Positions 1 through 9,509 of a stretch of DNA of 64,000 nucleotides are shown here, piece after piece. Position 1 is the stretch's first letter; each line of letters starts with the position of its first letter. The notes beneath the pieces are model-generated. The model was not told the DNA's origin. It searched no databases and saw only the letters and a list, made by a program, of their open reading frames with translations. Position numbers and translations under genes: made by a program. The stretch is from an uncultured Lentisphaeria bacterium (lineage in GTDB: Bacteria > Verrucomicrobiota > Lentisphaeria > Victivallales > Victivallaceae): contig CAIKZE010000219.1 in NCBI GenBank assembly GCA_903831825.1, positions 2,025 to 66,024 of the forward strand. Reading direction: 5' to 3'.

Positions 1-69
1 AAATAAATTAGGTCCCCAATGTCCCAAGCCGATCATGCCTACTTTTAACATTCTAACTCCCTGGTTAAA

Positions 70-552
70 TTATAATTTTCTTAACAGCCGTGCCGGATTT
101 CCCGCATAAACCCCTGCAACAGCAATGTCTTTTACCACAACACTGCCCGCGCCAATCACTACATTATCGCAAATTTTTACCGGGAGAATGGTGGCGTTTG
201 AACCAATGCTTACTTTGTTGCCGATAACAGTCGGAAGCCAGTCTTTATCTTCTCTGGAAGGCATTCCCGCTTTAAATAAATCATTAACGAACATTACGCC
301 ATGAGCAATAAAACAATCTTCCCCGATTGAAACCTTGTCGCAAATGAAAGAATGTGACTGCACCCTGGTTCTGCTGCCGATATTGACATTCCCTTGAATT
401 TCAACAAAAGGGCCGACAAAGCAATCATCGCCGAAGGTACATGAATAAAGGTTCACCGGTTCAACGACTTTAAAATTACTGCCGTGTGTTACATTAATAA
501 TCCGGCACTGATATCTGGTTATTTCAGAATCCATTAAAACTCCCTCCGGCAA
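70..552 (-). CDS. Left-handed beta-helix (hexapeptide-repeat) sugar N-acetyltransferase, WxcM/QdtC/FdtC-like
   Basis: 160-aa ORF with hexapeptide periodicity through most of its length (VSIGEDCFIAHGVMF, VIGNKVSIGSNATIL, VVIGAGSVVV). Lies 12 nt downstream of the GT2 gene on the same strand. Confidence 0.7.
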   Translation of the reverse strand: MPEGVLMDSEITRYQCRIINVTHGSNFKVVEPVNLYSCTFGDDCFVGPFVEIQGNVNIGSRTRVQSHSFICDKVSIGEDCFIAHGVMFVNDLFKAGMPSREDKDWLPTVIGNKVSIGSNATILPVKICDNVVIGAGSVVVKDIAVAGVYAGNPARLLRKL

Positions 553-564
553 TTACTGCATTTA

Positions 565-1275
565 CTATTTCAACCCGACCCCGACTTTTATCCATGGTTC
601 CAGCATTTCCCACCAGCCGACAAATGGTTTTATTTTAGAATAATTCTTTTTTGCGGCAGGATAGATCATGCTGATGGGCACTTCGATACACCGGTATTTA
701 AGCTTCAGCGCTTTGGCATACAGATAATATTCAAACTGATAATGCCAAAGCCAGTCTTCCTGCCATTTTACAGCCGGATTATTCACAATCTCCGTTTTAA
801 ATGCACGATAACCGCAAGTCGCGTCAGTCAGCTTCTTAAAAAAAAGCAGCCAGATTATGGCATTTACCACCAACGGGATGGATATTTTTCTGAACAGCGG
901 CAGATTGGGAGAATCACCGCCCTCCAGGAAGCGAGACCCGGTAACATAGTCAGCCACGCCATCTTTAATCGGGTTGATGACCCGGTGCATCTGCTCCGGT
1001 ATCATCTTGCCGTTGCCGGCGATATTGACAACGATTTCACAATTCCGTTTAAGCGCCTCTTCCACGCCAATTTTTAAAGCATAGCCGATGCCGTAATTTT
1101 TGTCCAGACGGATACATTCAAATCCTGACCGGTCAATAATTTCGGCGGAGCCGTCGGTGCTGCCGTTGTCAACAATGATAAAGACATCCGCGGGCATCGT
1201 TTTCTTGCATCGTTCCAGAAGTTCCGGAAGCTGTTCCCGCTGGTTATAAACCGGCATTATACATAAAGCCCGCAT
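565..1275 (-). CDS. Family 2 glycosyltransferase, polyprenol-phosphate sugar transferase-like (DPM1/ArnC/GtrB-like)
   Basis: 236-aa ORF with a GT-A N-terminus (CIMPVYNQ...IIVDNGSTDGS) and a TDATCGYRAF segment typical of this group. Confidence 0.75.
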   Translation of the reverse strand: MRALCIMPVYNQREQLPELLERCKKTMPADVFIIVDNGSTDGSAEIIDRSGFECIRLDKNYGIGYALKIGVEEALKRNCEIVVNIAGNGKMIPEQMHRVINPIKDGVADYVTGSRFLEGGDSPNLPLFRKISIPLVVNAIIWLLFFKKLTDATCGYRAFKTEIVNNPAVKWQEDWLWHYQFEYYLYAKALKLKYRCIEVPISMIYPAAKKNYSKIKPFVGWWEMLEPWIKVGVGLK

Positions 1276-1290
1276 GGTAGTTTTTCCTGT

Positions 1291-2388
1291 TTACTTCAAC
1301 AGTTCAAGCAGTGTGCTGCATACGGTCGACACTTCGTTTTCGGTCATTTCCGGAAACATCGGCAGAGAAATAATTTGACTCGCCACTTTCGATGAAACCG
1401 GGAATGACTTTGCGGCAAAATCCATATTCGCGTATACTTTCTGCTTGTGCACGGGAACCGGGTAATGAATACCGGCGAATATTCCGGCCTCATTCAGCTT
1501 CAACAGTAATTCGTCACGATTCAGGTCTTTAAGCCTGATGACAAAAAGGTGATAATTCTGGAAGCTTCCCGCCGGAGCTTCCGCCGGCAATACAATGGCT
1601 TTGCAGTCACTAAGCAACCGACGATATTGACCGGCAAGCTGATTGCGCGCCTGGTTCCATTCGTCAAGATGCTTAAGCTTGAAATCAAGAATTGCCGCCT
1701 GGATTGTGTCAAGCCTGGAATTGCCGCCCTCGCGGTCGTGAACATATTTTACTTTCCCTCCCCAGTTCCGCAACGCCCGGATTTCTTCAGCGAGAGCCTC
1801 TTCATTAGTCGCCACAGCTCCGCCGTCTCCAAACGCTCCTAAATTTTTCCCGGGGTAAAAACTGAATCCTGAACCCATGCCCATACTGCCGCATTTTGCT
1901 CCCTGACAGACACTTCCGTGCGCCTGGCAGGCATCTTCCACGATAATAGTTTTCGCACCGAATTTACGTTTAATCGCGGAAATGTCGTACGGATAACCGT
2001 AAAGGTGAACCGGCAGCACCACTTCCGGCACCGGCCCATCGTATTTGTCAACGTCGATCTGATAAGTTTTTTCGTCAATATCACATAACGCGATTCTGCC
2101 TCCCGCGTTGGCAATAGCCAATGCGGTGGCAATAAAGGTATTATTCTGAGTCAACACGGTTTTATCTTTAACCCCGTAAGCTTTAAGCAGCAAAGTAAGG
2201 GCATCTGTTCCGGAACCTACGCCAACAACATATTTTACGCCAAGATATTTGGCAAAATTCTCTTCAAACTCGTTCAATGCTTTTCCCATAACAAACTGGC
2301 AGGATGAAGCAGTTGCTACTAATAAACGGTTATATTCATCCTGATATTTTTGGTAATTACGTTGCAGATTGACAAGAGGAATCGCCAT
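1291..2388 (-). CDS. DegT/DnrJ/EryC1/StrS-family PLP-dependent sugar aminotransferase
   Basis: 365-aa ORF with GSGTDALTLLL, EDACQAHG and FSFYPGKNLGAFGDGG (PLP-lysine region). First gene of a 3-gene minus-strand cluster. Confidence 0.85.
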   Translation of the reverse strand: MAIPLVNLQRNYQKYQDEYNRLLVATASSCQFVMGKALNEFEENFAKYLGVKYVVGVGSGTDALTLLLKAYGVKDKTVLTQNNTFIATALAIANAGGRIALCDIDEKTYQIDVDKYDGPVPEVVLPVHLYGYPYDISAIKRKFGAKTIIVEDACQAHGSVCQGAKCGSMGMGSGFSFYPGKNLGAFGDGGAVATNEEALAEEIRALRNWGGKVKYVHDREGGNSRLDTIQAAILDFKLKHLDEWNQARNQLAGQYRRLLSDCKAIVLPAEAPAGSFQNYHLFVIRLKDLNRDELLLKLNEAGIFAGIHYPVPVHKQKVYANMDFAAKSFPVSSKVASQIISLPMFPEMTENEVSTVCSTLLELLK

Positions 2389-2641
2389 ATTTCAATACCT
2401 TAATTTATAAATAATCAAATTTAAGCACTATACAACAAAAACAGCAAAAAACAATCAGCATATTTCCGCACATAGGAGATGCAGGCGAGTTTGATTCGCC
2501 ATTTCAGTAAAATACTTTTCGAACTTGTACCTGCCGGCAAACCGGATTTCCATACAATATTTTTGTATTTTTACTTGAAAGAATCAGGTTTCGGTTCAAT
2601 CATAACTGCTTTAATAATTTTTAAAGAGCAAGAGAGATATT

Positions 2642-3445
2642 ATGAGCAATAAAGAAAATATTACGTTATGGCATAACCGCAAGAGTGCCGGAACAGGTAA
2701 AGAACAGGATGATTTTCTGCCATATATGGAAGTGCATTTGTTGAAAACCGAACGTCCGCTTGGCGCAGTTCTGATTTGTCCCGGTGGCGGCTATGGCGGG
2801 CGGGCGTCACATGAAGGAGTGACTATCGCCGAAAAATTCAACGCGCTGGGGCTCCACGCATTTGTCGTACATTACCGGGTGGCGCCATATCGTTTCCCGG
2901 CTCCGCAGGAAGACGCTTTGAGGGCGATAAAAATCATCCGCTCACGTGCCGCGGAATGGAAAGTTAAGCCGGATAAAATCGCGATCTGCGGATTCTCCGC
3001 CGGCGGGCATCTTGCCGCTTCCAGCGGAATCTTTTTTGATGAGGTAAAAGCCGATGACGGAGACAAGGCCGACAGTTGTTCCAGCCGTCCGGATGCGCTG
3101 ATCTTGTGCTACCCGGTAATCAGCAGCGGCCCGAAAGGCCATCAGGGTTCATTCATAAACCTGCTCGGCCCGGAAGACGCTCCCGGACATAAGGAAAAAT
3201 ATTCACTGGAGAAACTAGTCAGCAAAAATACGCCTCCCTCCTTTCTCTGGCATACCGCCGATGACGGCGGAGTGCCGGTGGAAAACAGCCTGATGCTCGG
3301 CATGGCGCTTCGGGAACATGAAATCCCTTTCGAACTGCATGTCTTTCCGCAGGGCCGTCACGGGCTCGGGCTGGCTCCCGAATATCCAAATATCGCAGTC
3401 TGGCCGGAGCTCTGTCTTACCTGGCTGAAGAACATGGGCTGGTAG
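2642..3445 (+). CDS. Alpha/beta hydrolase, acetyl-esterase / BD-FAE-like
   Basis: 267-aa ORF with a PGGGYGG motif and the nucleophile elbow GFSAGGH. The C-terminal part carries D and H (ADDGGVP, GRHG). Confidence 0.7.
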   Translation: MSNKENITLWHNRKSAGTGKEQDDFLPYMEVHLLKTERPLGAVLICPGGGYGGRASHEGVTIAEKFNALGLHAFVVHYRVAPYRFPAPQEDALRAIKIIRSRAAEWKVKPDKIAICGFSAGGHLAASSGIFFDEVKADDGDKADSCSSRPDALILCYPVISSGPKGHQGSFINLLGPEDAPGHKEKYSLEKLVSKNTPPSFLWHTADDGGVPVENSLMLGMALREHEIPFELHVFPQGRHGLGLAPEYPNIAVWPELCLTWLKNMGW

Positions 3446-3450
3446 ACAGG

Positions 3451-4134
3451 TCAGTTCTGGACAATTTTTCTGATGCTGGGAAGGCCGCCGTGGCGGACGA
3501 TGTCGCCGCGGTTCATATAGATGATGTCTTCGCAAATGTTGGTCGTTAAGTCTGCAATACGCTCCAGATAGCGCGAGACGCTGAGCATATTGAGATAATA
3601 ATCAACGTTTTCCGGATGCTTTTTAATTAAAGCCTTTATGTCTTTGAACATCTGGCTGTTATAATCATCCACGATATCGTCTTTTTCGATAACTTCGAGC
3701 GCCAGGACTTCATTCATGTAAATTAATGAATCAAGCGCGCCTTTGAGCATGCTTCTGGTTACATCCATCATCGGCTTGAAGTCCAGTTCCCATTTGCACT
3801 TTTTACCTTCGGCAATGGCTTTGGCGCGTTTGGCGATGTTGGCGCCGAGATCGCCGATGCGCTCCAGGTCATTATTGACTTTCAGGCAGGCGACGACATA
3901 GCGCAGATCGCTGGCGACCGGCTGGTGGAGCGCCAGAATTTTGAGACATTCCTCTTCGATGGCTATTTCCTTCTTGTCGATGGTTTCATCATAGTCTATG
4001 ACTTTAAGCGCTTTTTCCGCATCGTTTTCAACTGCGGCGTCAACGGCGCTTCTGACCGCATTTTCCACCATTGAACATAGGATCAGAATATCTTTTTTAA
4101 GACTGGCGATGGCGTTATTCAAGTGAATGTTCAT
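3451..4134 (-). CDS. phoU: Phosphate signalling complex protein PhoU
   Basis: 227-aa ORF with two PhoU repeats (DLERIGDLGANIA and YLERIADLTTNI). Directly downstream of pstB. Confidence 0.9.
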   Translation of the reverse strand: MNIHLNNAIASLKKDILILCSMVENAVRSAVDAAVENDAEKALKVIDYDETIDKKEIAIEEECLKILALHQPVASDLRYVVACLKVNNDLERIGDLGANIAKRAKAIAEGKKCKWELDFKPMMDVTRSMLKGALDSLIYMNEVLALEVIEKDDIVDDYNSQMFKDIKALIKKHPENVDYYLNMLSVSRYLERIADLTTNICEDIIYMNRGDIVRHGGLPSIRKIVQN

Positions 4135-4166
4135 TTTCGGCTCCTGTTGTTTTTGTTAATGTTAAA

Positions 4167-4967
4167 TTAACCGAATCTTCCGGTAATATAATCTTCAGTT
4201 TGTTTATTTGCAGGACTGGTAAAGATTTTTTCAGTAATATCAAATTCGATTATTTTCCCCTGAAAATAAAAAGCGGTGTAATCGGAGATTCTGGCCGCCT
4301 GCTGCATATTGTGGGTCACAATGACAATGGTGAACTCCTGTTTGAGCTCTTCAATCAAATCTTCGACTTTAAGGGTGCCGACCGGATCGATTGCGGACGT
4401 CGGCTCGTCCATCAGCAGCACTTCCGGCTCGCCGGCAATCGCGCGGGCGATGCAAAGCCGTTGCTGCTGTCCGCCGGACAGGGCCATGCCGCTTTTTTTC
4501 AGCTTGTCCTTAACTTCATCCCACAAGGATGCTCCGCGAAGCGCCTTTTCCACATGATCGATGATTTCACTTTTGGAAAGCGAAAAATGCAGTTTTAAAG
4601 GATAGGCGACATTGTCGAAAACAGACATCGGAAACGGAGTGGGTTTCTGAAAAATCATGCCGACTTTGCGCCGCAGTTCCAGAATATCCACGGAATTGTC
4701 GAGAATGTTTTCCCCGTCCAGAAAAATCTCTCCTTCGGCGCGCTGTTCCCGGTACAGTTGATAAATGCGGTTGAAAGTCCGGAGCAGGGTGGATTTGCCG
4801 CAGCCGGACGGACCGATGATGGCGGTAACCTGTTTCTCCAGGATGTCAATATTATTATCGAAAAGCGCCTGATGCATTCCGTAATAAAAATTCAGATTGC
4901 GGACCGATATTTTGGTTTTTTCCGCTGCTGCCGTGTGGTTGATGATAAGGTTGCTGTTATTTTCCAT
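4167..4967 (-). CDS. pstB: Phosphate ABC transporter ATP-binding protein PstB
   Basis: Walker [13 protein letters not shown] signature LSGGQQQRL, Walker [12 protein letters not shown], and a PstB-type C-terminus YITGRFG. Confidence 0.95.
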   Translation of the reverse strand: MENNSNLIINHTAAAEKTKISVRNLNFYYGMHQALFDNNIDILEKQVTAIIGPSGCGKSTLLRTFNRIYQLYREQRAEGEIFLDGENILDNSVDILELRRKVGMIFQKPTPFPMSVFDNVAYPLKLHFSLSKSEIIDHVEKALRGASLWDEVKDKLKKSGMALSGGQQQRLCIARAIAGEPEVLLMDEPTSAIDPVGTLKVEDLIEELKQEFTIVIVTHNMQQAARISDYTAFYFQGKIIEFDITEKIFTSPANKQTEDYITGRFG

Positions 4968-5814
4968 GTCTGCTGTCCTTGAATAAAAATCTGCATGAAA
5001 TGTTTAAAATCAATATCGCCGCCGTAATAATCAGCGCCGCGCCCCAGGCACGGGTATGCATTTCAGGAAACGGCGAATTTGTGGCATATTCAGTAATCGT
5101 GATGGTCAGGTTGGAGGTCGGTTGAGTAAAATACCCGAACGGCCAGCTATCGCTGCAAAGCGCGGTGAAAAGCAGCGGCGCAGTCTCTCCGCTTACTCTG
5201 GCAACCGCCAGCAGCACGCCTGTTGTCAAGCCGGTTTTGGCGGCACGGCAGACAATGTTTACCGTGGTCTTCCAGCGGGGCGCGCCCAGCGCCAGCGCGG
5301 ATTCGCGCAGGGCGTCCGGCACCATCAGCAGCATGTCTTCTGTGGTACGCAGGACTACCGGAAACATAATAATGGACAATGCGACGGATCCAGCCAGGCC
5401 CGAAAAAGTTTTTGTGGTATAAACCATCAGCGCGTAAACGAACAGTCCGACGATGATTGAAGGAATTCCCATCATCACATTTGCGGAGAACCTGATGACA
5501 TTGCCGAGTTTATTGCCTTTGGCAAATTCCGCCAGATAAATTCCGCCGAGCAGTCCGGGCGGAACTCCGATGACTACCGCGCCCAGCGTAATAAAAATTG
5601 TTCCGAGAACGGCATTGGCCACCCCGCCGTCCGGAATTCCGTATGGTTTGGTCGGTTCGGTGAAGAAGGCCCAGGAAAAACTGCGGAACCCGTTATCAAA
5701 AACCGTATATAAAATCCAGCCCATAAACAGCAAGGCGAAACCCACGGTCAAAATTGAAGCGGCCGTAACTGCCAGGTTGGTCGTTTTTCTGAAAAAAAGC
5801 CCGCGTTTTTTCAT
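4957..5814 (-). CDS. pstA: Phosphate ABC transporter permease PstA
   Basis: 285-aa multi-pass permease. Sits in the third position of the pstSCAB order and overlaps pstB by 11 nt. Confidence 0.85.
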   Translation of the reverse strand: MKKRGLFFRKTTNLAVTAASILTVGFALLFMGWILYTVFDNGFRSFSWAFFTEPTKPYGIPDGGVANAVLGTIFITLGAVVIGVPPGLLGGIYLAEFAKGNKLGNVIRFSANVMMGIPSIIVGLFVYALMVYTTKTFSGLAGSVALSIIMFPVVLRTTEDMLLMVPDALRESALALGAPRWKTTVNIVCRAAKTGLTTGVLLAVARVSGETAPLLFTALCSDSWPFGYFTQPTSNLTITITEYATNSPFPEMHTRAWGAALIITAAILILNISCRFLFKDSRHGK

Positions 5815-6761
5815 TATTTTTCTCCCATCTGCCTGCTCACTCTGTTAAGCCAGAACTGAGCAAGCACCTGAATGAGGAAAGAAATTACCAGCAGAATTAA
5901 CCCCAGTTCAAACAGCGCGCTTCGGAAAACGCCCTGGGCTTCCGCAAAATTATTGGCCAGCGTGGCGGAGATGGTAGTCCCCGCCTGATAAAGTGAAGTC
6001 GGCATTTTCTGAACATTGCCGATGACGAACAGCACCGCCATCGTTTCTCCCACTGCCCGCCCGAGTCCCAGAAAGATTGCGCCGAGCAGGCCGCGGGCGC
6101 CGTAGCGCATGGTAATATCGAGCGTCACTTCCCAGGAGGTCGCGCCGGCGCCGAACGCCGATTCCTTGAGTACCGGCGGCACCATCCGGAATACGTCGCG
6201 CATCACCGCGCAGATAAACGGCAGAATCATCACCGCCAGGATTATTCCTGAAGTCAGAAAACCGAAACCGTTGTATTCCCCGGCGAAAAGCGGAATTATT
6301 TTAAGATGAAGAGTATTCGCCAGAAACGGTTGTACATGATCCTGCATGAACGGAACAAAAATAAACAGGCCCCACATGCCGTAGATGATGCTGGGGATCG
6401 CCGCCAGCAGATCAATCGCATGGCTCAGCGTATGACTCAAGGCCGGAGGCGCGGTTTCAACCAGAAACATCGCCACAATAAAACTTAAAGGAACAGCAAT
6501 CACTACCGCGATTGCCGTTGTTACCAGCGTCCCGGCGATTGCGGGCATTGCGCCGTAGAGATTTTTTACCGGGTCCCATTCGCTGGAAGTCAGGAAATCC
6601 AGCCCGAACTCCTTGATTGCAGGAATCGAGCTCCAGAACAACTGGATAAAAAAACCGAACATCACCACCGCCGCCAGCAAGGCGCAGACCGCGGTGGTGA
6701 TTTTGAAAAACTGATCCGCCGCATCCGGCGAGATCAGTTGTTTTTTCGAATTTTCCATCAA
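5814..6761 (-). CDS. pstC: Phosphate ABC transporter permease PstC
   Basis: 315-aa multi-pass permease located between pstS and pstA. Overlaps the pstA start by 1 nt. Confidence 0.85.
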   Translation of the reverse strand: MMENSKKQLISPDAADQFFKITTAVCALLAAVVMFGFFIQLFWSSIPAIKEFGLDFLTSSEWDPVKNLYGAMPAIAGTLVTTAIAVVIAVPLSFIVAMFLVETAPPALSHTLSHAIDLLAAIPSIIYGMWGLFIFVPFMQDHVQPFLANTLHLKIIPLFAGEYNGFGFLTSGIILAVMILPFICAVMRDVFRMVPPVLKESAFGAGATSWEVTLDITMRYGARGLLGAIFLGLGRAVGETMAVLFVIGNVQKMPTSLYQAGTTISATLANNFAEAQGVFRSALFELGLILLVISFLIQVLAQFWLNRVSRQMGEK

Positions 6762-6771
6762 ATCTTCTTAA

Positions 6772-7824
6772 TTATTCTTCCGATTTATAGTTAACCGGTT
6801 TGCCGTCGGCAACCACCGATTTATCCCAGGCGGACTTGACCAGATTGAAAACGTTTTCCGGAATCGGAACGTATTTCAGATTGGTCGCGCTCTGAGCTCC
6901 TTCAGTGAAACACCATTTGAAATATTTGAGCATGGCTTCGGCCTTGGCTTTGTTCTCCTGATTTTTATAAATCAGAATAAAGGTGGCGCCGGTGATCGGC
7001 CATGAATCTTTTCCCGGCTGGTCGTTCAGTTCCATATAGAACGCCGGCGCATTCTGCCAGTCGGCATTGGCTCCGGCCGCCTGGAAAGTGCTGATTTCAG
7101 GTTTAACGAAATTGCCGTCACGGTTTTTCAGCATAACGGTCGGCAGTTTTGATTCAAGCGCATAAGTATATTCGACGTAGCCGATGGAACCCTTGACTTT
7201 CTGCACGTTATTGCAGACTCCCGGGTTCTTCTGACCGCCGATGCCGACCGGCCATTTGACGGATTTGTCGCAGCCGACATCTTTTTTCCAATCAGCTGAA
7301 ACTTTCGTGAGATAATCGGTGAATATCCAGGTGGTGCCGGAACTGTCGGAACGATGAACAACGGTTACCGGAAGGTCCGGCAGCTTCAGTTCCGGATTGA
7401 GTTTGGCGATAGCCTGATCGTTCCAGTTCTTGATATTGCCGAGGAATATATTGCCTACGGTTTCGCCGTCAAGCTTAAGCTGGTTGATTTCCACGCCCGG
7501 CACATTGACGACGATGACAACCCCGCCCATCAGCATCGGAAACTGCATCAACCCGTCTTTTTCCAGTTCTTCCAGTTTCAGCGGATTGTCGGTGGCTCCG
7601 AAATCCACCGTTTTGGATTTAATCTGATTGATGCCCGCGCCCGAACCGACTGACTGATAGTTTATTCTGGTCCCGGTTGCTTTCTGGAAGTTGTAAGTCC
7701 AGACCCGGTAAACCGGTTCCGGGAAAGACGCGCCGGCGCCGTTAATGGTTTCCGCGCAAAATCCCGACACCGCAGTTAAACCTGCGACAATTGAAAGCCC
7801 TGCTGTTTTTTTGAACCAATTCAT
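6772..7824 (-). CDS. pstS: Phosphate ABC transporter substrate-binding protein PstS
   Basis: 350-aa ORF with a signal peptide followed by the PstS-type GAGASFP motif. First gene of the operon. Confidence 0.9.
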   Translation of the reverse strand: MNWFKKTAGLSIVAGLTAVSGFCAETINGAGASFPEPVYRVWTYNFQKATGTRINYQSVGSGAGINQIKSKTVDFGATDNPLKLEELEKDGLMQFPMLMGGVVIVVNVPGVEINQLKLDGETVGNIFLGNIKNWNDQAIAKLNPELKLPDLPVTVVHRSDSSGTTWIFTDYLTKVSADWKKDVGCDKSVKWPVGIGGQKNPGVCNNVQKVKGSIGYVEYTYALESKLPTVMLKNRDGNFVKPEISTFQAAGANADWQNAPAFYMELNDQPGKDSWPITGATFILIYKNQENKAKAEAMLKYFKWCFTEGAQSATNLKYVPIPENVFNLVKSAWDKSVVADGKPVNYKSEE

Positions 7825-7881
7825 TTGTTCTTTCCTTAATTAATTTAAAGGTTGACTGTCAACATAAAGCTACTCCTCATT

Positions 7882-7900
7882 TGTTAGGGTTCTGTTAGGG
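7882..7900 (-). promoter_or_regulatory. Pho-box-like direct repeats upstream of pstS
   Basis: The minus strand reads CCCTAACA-gaa-CCCTAACA, an exact 8-mer repeated at 11-bp phase, 58-76 nt upstream of the pstS start. Further TAACA words occur at 7937, 7948 and 7956. The 11-bp phasing of 7-8-mers is the PhoB box architecture. Confidence 0.4.
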
Positions 7901-7964
7901 CGTAATTAGAAATGAAATAAACTTATAAAACGCTTTTGTTAGCATATTGTTATAGTGTTACAGA

Positions 7965-9350
7965 TTAACGACTTAACCGGCGGCACCGGAGCTTTATAAC
8001 TACAGAGGCACAAAGACACAGGGAAAGCATTTTCTCCATTTTGGGCAGCCGACTCCGAGATTTTAGAGAGCCGTTGAGCAGAAGCATTGCCGGCATGGGA
8101 AGTATGGGAAGCATGGGAAGTTCCGACATTTCCGAGTGCTTAGAGAGCTCTTGAGCAGAGGCCGTGTCAGCATAGCCAGCCGGGCAACCGTCCGACTCCG
8201 AGCTTTTGGAGAGTGTTTTAGCAGAGACCTCATCGGATTTTCCGTCGACACTCCCATACTTCCCATACTTCCCATACTTCCCATTATTCCCATCGTCTTT
8301 CAAGATTCCCGAGCCATTAGAGAGCTCTTGAGCAGAGGCTGTTTTGCCCATGCGGCCAGCATAGCCAGCCGGGCAACCGCCCATTTCCGAGTAATTAGAG
8401 AGTGCTTGAGCAGATGTTTAAGCAAATTTCCCATTATTCCCATTATTCCCATCATTCCCATCGGCATTTACCATACCATAGCATAGCACATTCCCGAGAT
8501 GTTGGAGACCGCTTTTAGCTTGCTGTTATTTTGTTTTCCACTTTTCTCGCTTTTCTCGCTTTTTCATTTCCGAGTGTTGGAGAGCCGTTGAGCAGAACCG
8601 TTTTTACTCACTTTTCCGACGGCTGGTTAAGTTTTTCGTTAATAAATTTCAATTTTGTCATTTTGGACATCCTGGACAGTGCTTGAGCAGAAAAAAGTTG
8701 AATAATGTCCAACATCTCCGAGACTTTGGAGACCCGTTCAGCACAACGGTTTTAATTTTTAATAAGATTTTCAAACAACATTTACGACATCTGGTTAAGA
8801 TTTTCGTTAACTGATCCGCAGTCGCGGGAGACCACCGTCCGAGACGGACGACACTATAACAAAACCCATTTTGGACACCGCTTCCCCATATTTTGGACAC
8901 ATGTTCCGGTGTAGTGCCCTCTCTCTGAGAGGGTGGTTCCGGATCCACCGTCCGAGACGGACGGCACTACAACAAAACCCATTTTGGACACCGCTTCCCC
9001 ATATTTTGGACACATGTTGTGCAGTCTCGCCCGGGACTCCGAGCTTTAGAGACATCTCCAGTATGGCGTTTTTGCCAAAAACGCCTCTCTTTGCCGGTTT
9101 TGGCAAAACTGGCATACAATTTTTCTTTCCAACATTTCCGAGGTTTTAGAGTCCTATTGAACACAATCCTTTTCTTCCACGAATTGCTCGAATGGACACG
9201 AAGAAAACCAAATTCGCGATAATCCGTGTAATTAGTGGATATAAAATCCCATTTTAAAAATTATAAGTTTTGTCTTCGTTTTCAGGATTTATTCTGAATT
9301 CTGACTCCTGAATTCTGACTCCTGAATTCTGACTCCTGAATTCTGACTTC
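7965..9350. repeat. Mosaic intergenic repeat array A
   Basis: About 11 degenerate copies of a 30-nt motif (ttccgag-N-ttagagag-N-ttgagcaga) separated by micro-repeat fillers. Fillers include 9-mers of TCCCATACT type in both orientations, a 22-mer x2, a 73-nt unit x2 at 8833-8905 and 8946-9018, and a 14-mer x4. No credible gene. Confidence 0.85.
9296..9350. repeat. 14-bp tandem repeat gaattctgactcct, about 3.9 copies
   Basis: Direct reading gives units at 9296, 9310, 9324 and 9338. Sits immediately before the 147-bp repeat copy A. Confidence 0.9.
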
Positions 9351-9362
9351 TATCCCTTTACC

Positions 9363-9509
9363 TATAGTAAATTTGTCAACGCAGGCAGTGAAATAGAGCT
9401 AAAATAACGCAAAAAATGCGATTTTGAAAGTTGCAGTTCAATGGCATGAAAAATGGTATTCCGGCTTTCTTGCGGGTGGCTTGCCGACGGAGAATGCATC
9501 CTTAATTTT
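9363..9509 (+). repeat. 147-bp direct repeat, copy A
   Basis: Aligns with 10441-10588 with 5 substitutions and one 1-nt indel (hand alignment). Begins tatagtaaatttgtcaacgcaggcagtg. Confidence 0.9.

Noticed and set aside
8053-8745. Possible CRISPR array (a recurring ~30-nt motif with intervening sequences)
   Set aside because: The repeats are far too divergent from each other. Spacing is irregular (66-150 nt between starts). The intervening DNA is low-complexity tandem repeats rather than unique spacers. No cas genes occur in the window.
7965-9222. ORFs of 65-139 aa on both strands inside array A (7965-8384, 8063-8293, 8136-8486, 8658-8948, 8807-9115, 8871-9149, 8967-9164, 9019-9222)
   Set aside because: They overlap one another in several frames and consist of translated nucleotide repeats. 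They have no RBS and no recognisable domain. The openness follows from stop-codon-poor repeat composition.
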